Shown here piece after piece: positions 25,937 through 39,905 of a stretch of 64,000 nt of DNA (its first letter is position 1; each line of letters opens with the position of its first letter). Location: NCBI GenBank assembly GCA_951406725.2, contig OX597817.1, positions 14,694,001 through 14,758,000 of the forward strand, read 5' to 3'. Both the position numbers and the translations under genes were made by a program. The DNA is from Octopus vulgaris (taxonomy: Eukaryota). The notes under the pieces were generated by a model. That model saw only the letters and a program-made list of their open reading frames with translations. It was not told the origin of the DNA and ran no database searches.

Positions 25937-26397
25937 AAGGTGGTGAGCTAGCAGAGCCCTTATCATGCCAAACAAAATGCTTAGTGGCATTTCAGTAATC
26001 TTTACATTTAGAGTTCAAAATCTGCTGAGGTCAACTTTGCCTCTCAGACTTTCAGGGTCAATAAAATAAGTACCTGTTAAGCACTGGGGGTCAATGTAAT
26101 TGATTTAGTTCCCTTCCACAAAATTTCAGCCTTTGTGCCTATAGTAGAAAGGATTATCATCATTATCATCATCATCTCCATATGCTTTTCTACTCTAGAC
26201 ACAAAGCCCGAAATTTTTGGGGAGGGGGCCAGTCAATTAGATTGACCCCAGCATGCAACTGGTACTTAATTTATCGACCCTGAAAGGATGAAAGGTAAAG
26301 TCGACCTCAGCGGAATTTGAACTCAGAACGTAAAGACAGACAAAATATCGCTAAGCATTTCACCCGGCGTACAAACGTTTCTGCCAGCTCACCACCC
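25937..26397. mobile_element. Two family B SINEs tail-to-tail (25937-26155 plus; 26185-26397 minus)
   Basis: Family B head and core motifs in opposite orientations. Confidence 0.8.
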
Positions 26398-27109
26398 TAT
26401 CATCATCTACTTATTGATACACTAAGGGTGAATGCATTACGCTATCACATGGTTAGTGGAAGGGAGAGAAAGAGTGAGAGAAAAAGAATGAGAGAGAAGT
26501 GTTAATGATGTGAGTGGTGGTGGTGGGGGGGGGAGTAATAGTCATTACATAGTTGAAAGGAGAGATGTAGAGAAATAGAGTCAGAAATACAATGTTTAGT
26601 AGAGAAATGATGTTCAAGTGATGAAGTTAAAGATGCACAAATAGGGAGAGAGAGAGAGAGGGGGAGGGCAGTTATATAGTGAGTGAGAGGCAGAAACAGA
26701 GATGTGATGCTATGCCAGTCAATGCAGTACGCTGTCATGTGGTAAGGAGGAGTGAGAGGCGAAGAGAAAGAGAGAAATGATGATGGTGTGAAGAGGAGAA
26801 TGACACGGTTAAAAAGTTTATTGAAGTAAGAAGTAGGGAGAGAAAAAGAGAGAAATGTAAAGTGTTTAAGAGAGGAAAATTTTAAATATCATATATTATT
26901 GCAACTGACAAGAATATAGCATTTTAATATTCAGTTTTTTTATATCTACTGTCAATCTAGTTATCTATTTATCCACATTGACAAATACATCAATGGCTGG
27001 ACAGAAGAAAGAAGGCTTAGACTAGATATAGTAATAATAAACTTATCACAGATAGAAAGAATTTTTTCAATGAAAGTGAAATAACTTAGTAAAATTGCTG
27101 AGGTTGTTA

Positions 27110-27143
<34 letters not shown>

Positions 27144-28671
27144 TTAAATTTGTTATTCGAACTTTGTATTGTCAGACTTGGTAGATACATTAACAGCAAG
27201 AAAAGTAACTATGAGACAAAATAATTGAAGAGAAATGAAACGAAATAAAAATAATCTTGATTGGCAAACAACGTAGATTGAGCTTTGTTACTGAAAACTA
27301 TAATGCTGTTGCTGCTGCTGCTGCTGGTGGTGGTGATGACAGTGGTGAGTGGATAATGAAAAGTGTAATTTTATTTTTATTGAACTAAATTTTTTTATAT
27401 TACCCATCATTTAACACATGCACATAACTGCAATCGTTTATTGTCGGCTCACTTGAAAATTGATATTTGTTTATAAAATATGGATGACAGATGACTTCGA
27501 CTAACGAGAGACAGAATGAGATAGGATAGGCAACGACATAAAGAGAAGCCGAGGGTTGTATCACTCACTACAGCAAGCATAGGAGAAGGGGAAATATGAA
27601 TAAAAGAGAATTTACAACAGATAAGAGAACATGTTTAAAACAGAATAGAAAATGAAAATGAGAGAGAGACCATAAAAAAAAATCTGCATTCTCTGTAATC
27701 ATTGTGAAGCCCTTGAATTTATAAAATGAAACTCTGAACTCCTGCCAGATTGGCAAAGTTGTGCTCCCTCAATTACAACTTTATCCAGAAAAACCAAAAG
27801 GTTTTTATTTTTTTATTTTTAATGAAAATAGTGCAGAACATACAATTTCAAAAGAATCACTAATTTTTATGGTTCTATATAAACTTCCATCATCATCATC
27901 CTTTAACATCCACTTTCCATGCTAGCATGGGTTGGACGATTTGACTGAGAACAGGCAAACTAGATGGCTGCACCAGGCTCCAATCTGATCTGGCAGAGTT
28001 TCTACAGCTGGATGCTCCAAATATTTAAAAAATGTATTTACCAAGGAACTTCCACAGATACTGCTAGTTATTATTTGATTTGACTTGGGTTTGTTCTTAC
28101 TCCTGATAGAATTTATATGAGTTCTTTCCCAGCATTCATTCATTTGCACACATTTTTGTTATAAAGTAATTATCTAAATTTATAAAGAATAGATGAATGA
28201 AGAAAACAAAAGCGTCGTTTCCAAGTTCCAAACTATGAATAAATACACTTTGTGAAACTATCATTGCAACACTTTACTCCAATGATTTAATTTACAAAAT
28301 ATGTTTAAAGACATTATATAAGTACAAATAATATAAGAGCTTTTCTAAAACTACGACAATCATGTTATGTTGCACTCACCAATTCACCCCATTTCTACTT
28401 CATCTTTAACTCAATAATCGATAAACAAGCCAAAGGAGGAAATTCTGTCATTATCATCATTGTTTTCATGTCCCACTTTCCCATGCTTACATAGGCCAGA
28501 CAGTACTTAAGAAAGAATTTTCTACACCTGGATGTCCTTCCTCTCACCAACTCTTATCTGTTTCCAAATAAGGTTATATTTCACTATCACCAGACATGTT
28601 TTCGTGGAAGATTGGAAATGGACACTGCTTGCATGATGCTGACAGCTGTTTGCAACTGTCATGCAAAATCA

Positions 28672-28709
<38 letters not shown>

Positions 28710-28843
28710 CAAAACTGAACCATATGCCTGGGAAGCAAACTTCTTACCAGACAGCCACACATACATCAAATAACCTGCTAGAAATAGCAGCCATAACTCT
28801 AAAATATAACCATACTCTCTTTTAAAAATGGAAAGTACACATA

Positions 28844-29265
28844 GGCGCAGGAGTGACTGTGTGGTAAGTAGCTTGCTAACCAACCACATGGTTCTGGGTT
28901 CAGTCCCACTGCGTGGCATCTTGGGCAAGTGTCTTCTGCTATAGCCCCGGGCCGACCAATGCCTTCTGAGTGGATTTGGTAGACGGAAACTGAAAGAAGC
29001 CTGTCGTATATATGTATATATATATATAAGTGTGTGTGTATATGTTTGTGTGTCTGTGTTTGTCCCCCTAGCATTGCTTGACAACTGATGCTGGTGTGTT
29101 TACGTCCCCGTCACTTAGCGGTTCGGCAAAAGAGACCGATAGAATAAGTACTGGGCTTACAAAGAATAAGTCCCGGGGTCGATTTGCTCGACTAAAGGCG
29201 GTGCTCCAGCATGGATGCAGTCAAATGACTGAAACAAGTAAAAGAGTAAAAGAGAGTAAAGAGTA
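28844..29265 (+). mobile_element. SINE family A, full length
   Basis: Family A head, body and tail. Confidence 0.9.
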
Positions 29266-29685
29266 TTAGGTAATGTAGTGCTGGATATACCATATCTGAA
29301 ATAAAAGACGGGATGTTCACCAGTGGATTGTCTTTGATCATAGTTCTGTTTGATCATGGCTGTCTAAAGGCAAAACAATGACAGGATATTAACTTCAGTG
29401 TTATTGTTTTCTACCTGAAACACTCATTTATGTTCTAAATGCATATTATGTTTAACATTCAGTTTTATAAACTTGAAAACAAATATCAGTCACATGAGAC
29501 AACTTGAAGTGAGGAGTTTCTCAAAATCAAAGCAAAGTCAATCATTTTACAATCAATCATTCTATAAATATTAATGTTCAAACAGAAAAACAAAGCCATT
29601 CTGCTCTAGAATGACTTTTAAAAACATACATAAAAAGTGTAATAATTCCCAAATTGCTAATTGTCAAATAATAAAAATCACTCAC

Positions 29686-29785
29686 CTCAAACAGTCGAGC
29701 AGCAGCAACACGGACTAAAGCTAATTTGTGTACAACTGCTTCCCATAATACACCGAGAAGTATTTCATGATTACTTGTACAGGCA
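29686..29785 (-). CDS. RELCH: RELCH-like exon (100 nt)
   Basis: ctttctttttaag acceptor, gtgagt donor; (S)ACTSNHEILLGVLWEAVVHKLALVRVAAARLFE (cf. RELCH HELLLTVLWYGVVHTSALVRCTAARMFE). Confidence 0.92.
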
Positions 29786-29829
29786 CTTAAAAAGAAAGAG
29801 AAAAAAAACAATTTTTCATATATAATTAA

Positions 29830-30137
29830 CTAGCAGTATCGCCCGGCGTTGCTCAGGTTTGTAAGGAAAATAACTATATAAGCATTTTTAGAGAGTTACT
29901 TCCTATATATAACCCGAGCAAAAATCATTAAAAATGCAGAAAAATTATGGTAAATTTTTTTTTTAAATCGTAGACTCATTGTAGATACACACTAATACCC
30001 AGAAGGGCTCGATATGAATGACGACTATAAGATACCCGCTTTTGGTTAAACTGCACCGCAAAATGTGGGAGTAGTTAGGAATCTAAATCGGAGCAGACAG
30101 AGTCTCACACACACAACTTCAATTTTATATATAAAGA
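29830..30137 (-). mobile_element. Non-autonomous Helitron
   Basis: Minus strand starts A|TC, ends CTAG|T with subterminal hairpin CCTGAGCAACGCCGGG; no TSD. Confidence 0.75.
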
Positions 30138-30665
30138 TTAACAGTTTAGATTTTTTGCAAATAACTTGCAGATGCAAGTGCTACCAACTGAAAGCTCAGC
30201 ATATTGGATGCTAGCAAGTTCATGAGGTCATCAGGAGAGAATGCATGCCATTTCAGGGCATATCTCTCAACAGCATCATAGTGCACCGGCCCTGCTCACT
30301 GAAATGAGGCCCTGCTTGCTAAATCAACTGTTATCAGCTTTCGCTCAATATTCTTCTAGCCATTGCTAATCTCTTTTTAACCAAATCCAGTGGCTTGCCT
30401 TTTCCACTGTAGTTTGGATATTATTCATGGTGGTACTTGGTTTATGATGAGTTAGGCCTAATGATAACAATAGTCGCCTACTGTTATCTAAATGCCATTA
30501 TGGACATGAAACTCAAATCAGCCATACTGATATTATTTAATACAAAATACCTAACATTATATGCCAACAAATATTCGTTTCCAGTAAAACAATTCTTGAG
30601 ACTCAAGGGTCAAGAAAATTTCCCTTCACCAATGATACCAATCATATATAGTCATAAAATAAGTT

Positions 30666-30885
30666 ATAAAGGGGTGCTGAAAAGCTCCTGGCTTTGACTA
30701 AAAGAAAATACAGGAGGATCAGTCAATTATGATTTTATTCAACATATTTCTCTCTCAGATTCACACACGTATAACATTGGTCCTTCAGTTTTTCTAAACC
30801 CTGTAAAAGAACCCAGAAGGTTGGGCCTCCAACTGGGCCTTTCGCAATACCCTTAAAGCCAGGGACTTTCCAGCACTCCTTTGTC
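30666..30885. mobile_element. Tc1/mariner-like MITE (decayed)
   Basis: AAAGGGGTGCTGAAAAGCTCCTGGCTTT vs AAAGCCAGGGACTTTCCAGCACTCCTTT inverted termini. Confidence 0.65.
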
Positions 30886-31930
30886 ACAGTTTCTAAATTA
30901 AAAAACAAAAAAAAAGAAGGAAAAAACCCATGTGGATTATCTACCTAACCTTACAAAGGGTTTGAAATATTTAGTGTATTCACACACACACACACACACA
31001 CACACAACACACAACACACAAACACACAAGTGTAAATACCCATGCTGGCAAATGAGTAAGCATGAAGGACAAGTTGGTCTTTGACTTAACAATAACCATG
31101 AAAAGCCATTCAATGAAACGTATCACGATTGCATCATCCTCATCATTGTCATTTTAATATCAACTTTTCCATGTTTGCATACCTTTAGATAAAGGTATGT
31201 TGGGACAGAGTATTCTATGACTAGGTGCCTTTTCCTATCACCAACCCCTAAAAATTTCCCAGTAAACAGCTTGGTTGTGTTTACATGGAGAACTGAATGC
31301 AAACACCATTGTAAGAACAAGCTTTTTGTTTACAAAGATCATGCAACATATCATCACGCATCAATGAACCCAGACATGGTTTCACAATGGACTACAAAAA
31401 TACATTGTTAGCAGTCATTGTCTACAACCAGGTGAGTAAAATACAAATTTACACAGACAAGCATGCACACACACACACACATACATACACACACACATGC
31501 ACACAAACAAATACACATATGCACACACACACACAATAGGTTTCTTTCAGTTTTCATCTACCAAATCAACTCACAAAACTTTGTTTGCCACAGGACTAGA
31601 GTGTCTGTCTGTCTGTGCGAATCCCTAAAACTCGAGAACTGTACAACCAATTTCATTCAAATTTTACACATGCCTTACTTAGGGTACATGCAGTGTCATG
31701 GGCCCAAAAAATTTTCAACTTCTTGCCCAATGCGAGCCCAGAGCAATCTCTTATCTCTTACACTATTTCAGTATTATGTGTCAAAAGTGAAACAACATCT
31801 CTATTGCAACGTGAGATACTTTTAGTTTCATAGTTTCACTATTAATACTAAAACTCTTAAAGTGAAACTATTATCTCACATACATATACATGCATACATA
31901 CATATATTATGTATATATATATCACATATG

Positions 31931-31975
<45 letters not shown>

Positions 31976-33045
31976 GGAGAATTCACAAAAAAATAAAAGA
32001 TGAAGACAGGTAGTGTAGACAAAAACAGATGTATTAGTTTAACGCTTGGGAAGTGAAAAAGTCTCTAACATTTCGAGCCTAAGCTCTTCCACAAAAAGGA
32101 ACACAGAAAGAAACAAAGAGAGAAAAATAAAGAATGTGTAATTGCTAGCGATCTATCATGGTGATTGCTGGACAGTGGGATCACACAGGAGTGCTAGGAA
32201 GAAGGGGAGATAATAAAGTACTGGTGATCCCAAAATGAAGATGTGCATGCGTGTGTATAAGAAAGAATGTGCGTGTGGAAGAGGGCTGGTGACCTTGACG
32301 TGTGCATGTATGTGTAGGTGTGTAGATGTCATCCTGGCCACTTCAAAAGCTTTCACTCCACACTCTACACTTTTGTCAATTCACATACGTATATACATAT
32401 ATATACATATATGAAAGAATGAGTAGAGATGGCCTTTTTGAGGGGATAATTTTTATTAAGATTAAAATAAAAATTATCCCCTCAAAAAAGTCATTTCTAC
32501 TCATTCTTTCAGATATATGTAATACTCTACCAAGCACTTTCTCTTCATTATTCTACTATATGCATGTGTATGTGCATACACTTACCCAAAGACCATTTCA
32601 AAGTAATTTATTGTTTGTCTTTTATTTTCCATATTTTTACAATATATATATCACCAATTGGCTATGAGTCATTACCACCAACATAATTGTTCTTGAATTC
32701 ATTAAATCTATCTTAATATCATAGCATGATTTCAACACACACACACATACACATACAAACACACACACAAACACACACACACACATTTATAGCACTCAAA
32801 CTGTTGAACACTTTAACTACTGCCTGCCAATTTTTGTCACATCAATAATTCCTTTAGTTAAAATGAAAATTCTAACATCCTGTAGATTGTGCTTTACATT
32901 TTTTATATTTCATTTCCACCAATATTGTTCTGCTGGCATAAAACAAGCTGGTTTCCTGCCCCCCCTCCTCGCTACTCATATCTTAGCCCATATGAAAAAA
33001 AGTCATCCTCATCATCATTCCTCTCAGCTTTGTTATCTAATGCTA

Positions 33046-33282
33046 TACTCTTTTACTCTTTTACTCTTTTACTTGTTTCAGTCATTTGACTGCGGCCATG
33101 CTGGAGCACCGCCTTTAGTCGAGCAACTCGACCCCGGGACTTATTCTTTTGTAAGCCCAGTACTTATTCTATCGGTCTCTTTTGCCGAACCGCTAAGTGA
33201 TGGGGACATAAACACACCAGCATCGGTTGTCAAGCAATGCTAGGGGGACAAACACAGACACACAAACATATACACACACACT

Positions 33283-33314
<32 letters not shown>

Positions 33315-33481
33315 TATACGACGGGCTTCTTTCAGTTTCCGTCTACCAAATCCACTCACAAGGCTTTGGTCGGCCCGAGGCTATAGTAGAAGACACTTGC
33401 CCAAGGTGCCACGCAGTGGGACTGAACCCGGAATGATGTGGTTGGTAAACAAGCTACTTACCACACAGCCACTCCTGCGCC
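33046..33481 (-). mobile_element. SINE family A, full length
   Basis: Family A head, body and tail. Confidence 0.9.
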
Positions 33482-33972
33482 TATATAGCACAAAAGTATC
33501 ATTTTCTCTATATTTTTTTACTGGTTCATACTAGTGTATGACTCATTACACACACACACACACACACATTAAAAGCAAATCTACGTCATAGAGCAAGTAA
33601 AATCTATAAAACCACTATATCTCCCATGCTATCTGAAATTGTTGATAGTCTCTAATGTAATGCCACTTCTGCCATAAAACATTGACAAAGGAGTGTCACT
33701 GACGTTCCTTTCTTAAATTCAAGAAAGCACACATCATAGAAAAATAGCTACATTTGAAGATAAATCAACACCATTTAACAGTCTCTTATATAAAATGTAC
33801 AGACAGCTCTGAGTCTGAAAGAATGATCTCTCTAATGTAAGATCTACAATAAACATGACTATCCAGTTTCAATTGTGTCTAATGTTATGATGATTATCCA
33901 GTCATGAAGCATTTATCAAAACCAACACATTTAAAACACCTTGCGATTTGATACAAAGGAAAAATTAAGATA

Positions 33973-34144
33973 GTGCAGGAGTGGCTGTGTGGTAAGTAGC
34001 TTCCTTACCAACCACATGGTTCCGGGTTCAGTCCCACTGCGTGGCACCCTGGGCAAGTGTCTTCTACTATAGCCTCGGGCCGACCAAAGCCTTGTGAGTG
34101 GATTTGGTAGACGGAAACTGAAAGAAGCCCGTCGTGTATATATG

Positions 34145-34179
<35 letters not shown>

Positions 34180-34377
34180 TTGTCCCCCTAGCATTGCTTG
34201 ACAACCGATGCTGGTGTGTTTACGTCCCCGCTACTTAGCGGTTCAGCAAAAGAGACCGATAGAATAAGTACTGGGCTTACAAAAGAATAAGTCCCGGGGT
34301 CGAGTTGCTCGATTAAAGGCGGTGCTCCAGCATGGCCGCAGTCAAATGACTGAAACAAGTAAAAGAGTAAAAGAGTA
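33973..34377 (+). mobile_element. SINE family A, full length
   Basis: Family A head, body and tail. Confidence 0.9.
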
Positions 34378-35429
34378 TAGAGAAAGAAAGAAATACAGAG
34401 AATTTCTAACATCAGTCATATTGCCCTGCTCTGCATCTAATTTATTTGTCCGTTCTACACAACTCAGTATTCCTTGTTATATTTTGTTTTCTTTATAGAA
34501 TAATAATTTTTATGATATTCAACACAGACACATGGCCATAAATGGTCAATTATAGTGACCCCCAGTACTTGATATTTTATCAACCTCCACAAAATGAAAG
34601 GCAATAAAAGCCTTCCCCTGATTCTTTGGTTGATGGGGAAAAGGGGAGATTTGTATTGTATATTGCATTACAAAATTATGTAATTAAATCAACCTCAGCA
34701 ACTAACTGATATTTATTTTATCAATTCTTGAAGCATCTGAACATAAACTATCATGTGGTAATTAAATACCAAGGAGTATTTAGCCCAAAGTTCTATCAAT
34801 TCTATCATCCACTTCTCTAATTTAGAAAACAACAATGGTTTCAAATTTGGCATGAGGCCAGCAGCTTTTGAGGGAAGGAAGAAGTCAATTACATCAACCC
34901 CAGTGCTTAATTGGTACTTATTTTATCCACCCCAAAAGGATGAAAGGCAATGTTGACCTCAAAAGAATTTGAACTCAGAAAGTAAAGACAGATGAAATGC
35001 CTCTAAGCATTTTGTCTGGCATGCTACCAATTCTGCCAGCTCATTGCCTTATATTTAGAGAATGATAATGAAAATAGGAATCATGAGGGTAAGTGGACCT
35101 ATAGACTTAAGTTATTTAATAAATATACTTGTCATCATCATCATCATCATCATCATTTAGCGTCCGCTTTCCATGCTAGCATGGGTTGGACGGTTCAACT
35201 GGGGTCTGTGAAGCCAGAAGGCTGCATCAGGCCCAGTCTGATCTGGCAGTGTTTCTACGGCTGGATGCCCTAACTAATGCCAACCACTCCGTGAGTGTAG
35301 TGGGTCCCTTTTACGTGCCACCCATACAGGAGCCAGACGGAGCTGGCAGACGGCCACGGACGGATGGTGCTTTTTACGTGCCACCCGCACAGGAGCCAGA
35401 CGGAGCTAGCAAACAGCCCGAAGCTGGCA

Positions 35430-35950
35430 AACTTGTGACTGAAAGAAATAAGAGAGAATGTTTAGTCACAAGCAACAGCCTATTAAGGAAAAGATTGGGA
35501 AATAAATGGACCTGGAGAACCCTAAGTACTCAGGACCAAAATGAGATCAATATACAACCTAATCAGTAAATGTCACATACTGCAGGATGTCATAGTTGCA
35601 TGTCAACACCAGCAATAACTATCACTTGCTACAGGCAAAGATTGTCATTGTTCAAATTAAAGAGGAAGGCAGAGCAGAACTTGCTGAAGAACCACTACAT
35701 CAAAATTTACAACGTGTAACAGGAAGGAAACCTGGAGTTAGCTTGAAGAAATAATTGAAAACTAAGATTCATTGATCCAGAAAATTCAAAGCTGCACATG
35801 AAAATCAAGAATTGTAAACACACAGGAATCAAATGCAAACATCTCAGAGGGAACAAGGAAAATACTGGAGAAAAGGAAAACTGTAAAAAGGAGCATGAAA
35901 GATCACTTTAGGTGTTACATTTTCTGCAAGGCGATTAGACAACATCTAGA
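35430..35950 (+). pseudogene. Highly decayed RTE-like endonuclease remnant
   Basis: NSLLRKRLGNKWTWRT..QNEI followed in other frames by ILQDV and YHLLQAKI, resembling the APE C-terminal KWTW..NEIDY..SDH region. Confidence 0.5.
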
Positions 35951-36333
35951 AATAGACTTCAAGAGCTACAGACATAAGAAGCTGCAGTGAAGGAAACATC
36001 TGAAGAGGTGCAGGAGTGAGATGGCACTAAAGATGTTTTACAGGGATGGGCAAAAGGCTAGTGAAGGAGGTCTGTGAAGCCTTTTACATCCATCTTTTTT
36101 AAAACATCAGTGATGCTCACTCTTCTACCATCACAATTCTTGGTTCCTTTGTAAAATCTTCTTCCCCAAGTTTTGGTATATGTAGTAGTTCAGTTATGAA
36201 TTCTAGATTTTCACTGCTACCACTGTACACGGAAACCCACTGGAATTTTTAGCCACATCTAAATTAGTTTTCTTGGACAAAGGGGAAATGCAACCATGAG
36301 TCCACTTCTCAATTGGGTTTTGATTTTATACTC

Positions 36334-36552
36334 CAGTGGTTTTCAACTAGGGTTCCGCGGAACCTTAGGGTTCCGCCAGTACAGTCCAGAGGATCTGCAA
36401 GAAGTTACAAAACTGCTAAAATCGGCAGTAATTTTTAATTCTCCTGTGCAAATATGTGTGCCTAAGACTATTAAATTATTGCACAGGGGTTCATCAAGCC
36501 AGTGGAATGTTTCCTTGGGGTTCCGCTCCAGCAAAAAGTTTGAAAAGCACTG
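36334..36552. mobile_element. hAT (Charlie-like) MITE
   Basis: TIR CAGTGGTTTTCAA / TTGAAAAGCACTG; 8-bp TSD TTATACTC / ATATACTC; internal GGGTTCCG repeats. Confidence 0.82.
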
Positions 36553-39500
36553 ATATACTCCATTACATTATTGAAGGAGGGTGTCACTGAGATTTATGGT
36601 GGTACATTATCAAAAACCAGCTGCCTTTCTATTTTTTTTTGGTTTCAGTGAGTTCATCTGATGAGGAATTGTCAAGTTTAATGTCAAGATCATGTTTTGA
36701 AGCAGTTTCTATGAATCTATATGGAATTGCTTGGGAATTACTGAGAAGGTGATGCAAATGTTCCTTCCACTTATTTAGTTATTCCTGAAGACTTGTGGCT
36801 TTTAGTTTTGAATTGTTTGTATTTTTCCTACTACTTATTTCAATGACAGTTTGCCATATCAGAGAAGAGTGTTTCTTCACTACTACATGCACAGTTGAAT
36901 CTATTTTATTTTCAATATAATTCTGTTATTCCAATTTCACCTTGCTGAGATGTTTTGAAGAATTTTGTAATATTGTTGTGAACGATTTAATTGACTTTCA
37001 ATGAGTGGCACTTATCAACTGATTGAACTTCTCAATAATAGCTTCAAGCTCCCATGAGACTTGATGCTTTATTTCAATCCTTGTAGGAAGGCGTCCTTTA
37101 ACAGCTTCTTGACGAGAAGTGACAAAATTGCTAAAATATGGTATATTCAGGGAATTGTTCAAAGCATTGAATCTGAGTTTGAATAAAACAATGAATGCAT
37201 TTTTGACAGATCATTTTGTTATTAAATACATACCTGTCACGTGAAAGACATTTTGAAGTTGTCAGTTTGCTGGTTTCTAAACTCAGTCAAATTCTAGTAG
37301 ACAGTATACAATGATCAGAATTGATTCATTTAACGGAATTATATTCTTTGTAGTTTAGCTTTCTGTTTTTCCACTTTTAATTTAAGAACTTGTTAATTTG
37401 AGCCATGACAGCACTGAAATAAGTGTGTGCTTACAGGATCCCTTCTGATGAGTATTGGTATTTAGGTATAGAAGGTTATTTTCAGTGATGAAATCCAGTG
37501 TGCTGATCGTTGTGACTGGTTAAATGGTGAAACATGATTTTTTTTTTATTGTTATCATAGCACCATCCGTTTGTGGCTGTTGCCAGCCTCGCCTGGCCCC
37601 CGTGCCGGTGGGACATAAAAGCACCATCCGTTCGTGGCCGTTGCCAGCCTCGCCTGGCCCCCGTGCCGGTGGCATGTAAAAATCAGCATCCGTCCGTGGT
37701 CATTTGCCAGCTCCGTCTGGCACCTGTGCGGGTGGCACGTAAAAAGCACCCACTACACTCACGGAGTGGTTGGCGTTAGGAAGGCATCCAGCCGTAGAAA
37801 CACTGCCAGATCAGACTGGGCCTGATGCAGCCTTCTGGCTTCACAGACTCCAGTTGAACCGTCCAACCCATGCTAGCATGGAAAGCGGACGCTAAATGAT
37901 GATGATGGCCTATCTGAAAGTTCATGCCTTCCCCAATCATTAGGACAGATGTTATACAGGGTGAGGATTGGGAGAGAGAGAGAGAGGGAACTCCTACATA
38001 GCAAGGTTCCCAGGGGACAACCAGAGGAACAGCTTCTAGATACATGTTAATGGTAACTATGAAAATAAAACTCCCAGAACAAAATACAAGTCACTTTTTG
38101 GGAAAGCAAAGAGCTGAAGAACTACAGGTAATACTATGGAAAACAACATATGAATGTGCAGTTTCTGTGAAAGAGTCACCTACTGACCAATGGCAACATT
38201 CACATGATGCTGAGTAATGTGAGAGTAGTGACCAGGATCACCGGATTCCTAAAGATGTTAGAAATAATGTCTGCTAAAATGATATCTTTATGTTGCATCA
38301 GCTATCATGCAGCTAGCTGAAAAATACTTTCTGCTGTGATACCAGCTGTGGATCAACTTTAAAAAGCCAAAGTAAAAACTCTCCATTGCTCAGCATCAAA
38401 AGTATTTCCATAATTTCAAACTTCAATGTGTGAACTCAAAATCATCATCACCTATTAATGTCTGTTTTCCATGCTGGCATGGGTTGGACGTTTAGACAGG
38501 AGCTGGCCAGATGAAGAGCTGTCCAGGCTCCAACTGTCTGTTTTGGCATGGTTTCTATGGCTGGATGCCCTTCATAACACCAACCACTTTACAGAGTATG
38601 CTGAATGCTTTTATACAGCACTGGCATGGGTGCATTTACATGGTACCAGTATAGATGCCATTTTATGTGGCACTAGCACCCACAAGCCCACAAGATTATG
38701 AACGCTCAGCTGGAGAGGTAATGTGGGGAACATGGTTGTATGCAAAGAGAACCATGATTTTTCTTAGCTTGACATGCCTTCTCAAGCATAGCAAACCACC
38801 TGGAGTTTCAGTGCCCTGTCATTCCCTCTGTGAGGTCAACTCTAAATCCCATTATCTGAACAAGAGATATCAACAGTTACTAGGGACATGATATGCATTT
38901 TACATAATGAATTGCTTTTACCATAATGAATTTACCCAGAATATCAAATAGTGGGAAAATACTGGACATTTATATTTGGTTCAGTGGGGGGAGGGGGACC
39001 ACAGCATAGCTGCGTGGTAAGAAGTTTGCTTCCCAACCACAAGGTTCCAGGTTCAGTCCCACTGCATGGCACCCTGGGAAAGCATTTACTACTAGATGGA
39101 CATGGAAAAGAAGCCTGTCATGTGTGTGTGTGTATGTTGCTACGCGCGCGTGTGTGTGTGTGTGTATGTTACTATGCGTGCCTGTGTATGTGTGCATGTG
39201 TGTGTGTGTGCATGCGCACATGTGTGTGTGTGCGTGTGCATGCGTGCATGTGTGTGTGTGTTTGTGTGTTTTGTCCACCACCACCACTCGACAACTAGTG
39301 TTGGTGTGTTTATGTCCCTGTAACCTAGAAGTTCAGCAAAAGTGACCGATAGAATAAGTACCAGGCTTTAAAAGAGTAAGTACTGGGGTTGATTCATTTG
39401 ACCGAAAATTCTTGAAAGCAGTGCTCCAGCATAGCCACTGTCTAAAGGCTGAAACAAGTAAAAGATAAAAAGAAAAGTAAAAGAACTGGAAGAGTAGGAA

Positions 39501-39700
39501 TTCAGCTTAGCCCTTGTGCACAAAAATCTCCCAAGAGTGTGGAGAAGATTCTTCCTAGAATGATCATCATAACATTTAAAGTAATCCTTGTTCCACAGTC
39601 ATCTCAGGCTACAGCAAAACCATTGTTATGAATCTGAAATCATGTCCTGTCACTATTGATAAATCCCAAAATACAAAGCATTTTGGAGAATGCCTTTCTA

Positions 39701-39905
39701 TGATTGATTGATTCTAGTTTCAGCTCATGAGCTGTGGCCATGCTGGGGCACCGCCATTGTACCTCTCAACCGGACGGGGCCCCGGGACGATAGGATCCCG
39801 GGGCCGCAATGTGCGTTCGAGGTGTCAATGTTCACTGAGTCCTGCAATTCGCATCAGTTCATGCGGATAGCCGCGCTCTTCATCGACAGACGAGCCGAGT
39901 GATCC
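39701..39905 (-). mobile_element. 5.8S rRNA head + CR1-group LINE 3' tail chimeric retroposon
   Basis: 39701-39758 matches the LINE end at about 20763-20824 with one mismatch, including (AATC)n; CTATGAT on both sides (39698-39704, 39905-39911). Confidence 0.85.
39759..39905 (-). pseudogene. 5.8S rRNA retrocopy (lacks about the first 13 nt), not an rDNA unit
   Basis: Minus strand reads GGATCACTCGGCTCGTCTGTCGATGAAGAGCGC...GAATTGCAGGAC...TCGAACGCACATTGCGGCCCCGGGA..TCCCGGGGCC, the conserved 5.8S motifs; no ITS, 18S or 28S flanks. Confidence 0.92.

Noticed and set aside
36600-37540. Possible decayed coding sequence on minus strand and CTGATGA motifs at about 36658 and 37445
   Set aside because: No sustained frame or recognisable motif; CTGATGA is not followed by a stem II and GAAA.
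39759-39905. Functional rDNA locus
   Set aside because: 5'-truncated, isolated, no ITS/18S/28S, ends in a LINE tail with a duplicated target.
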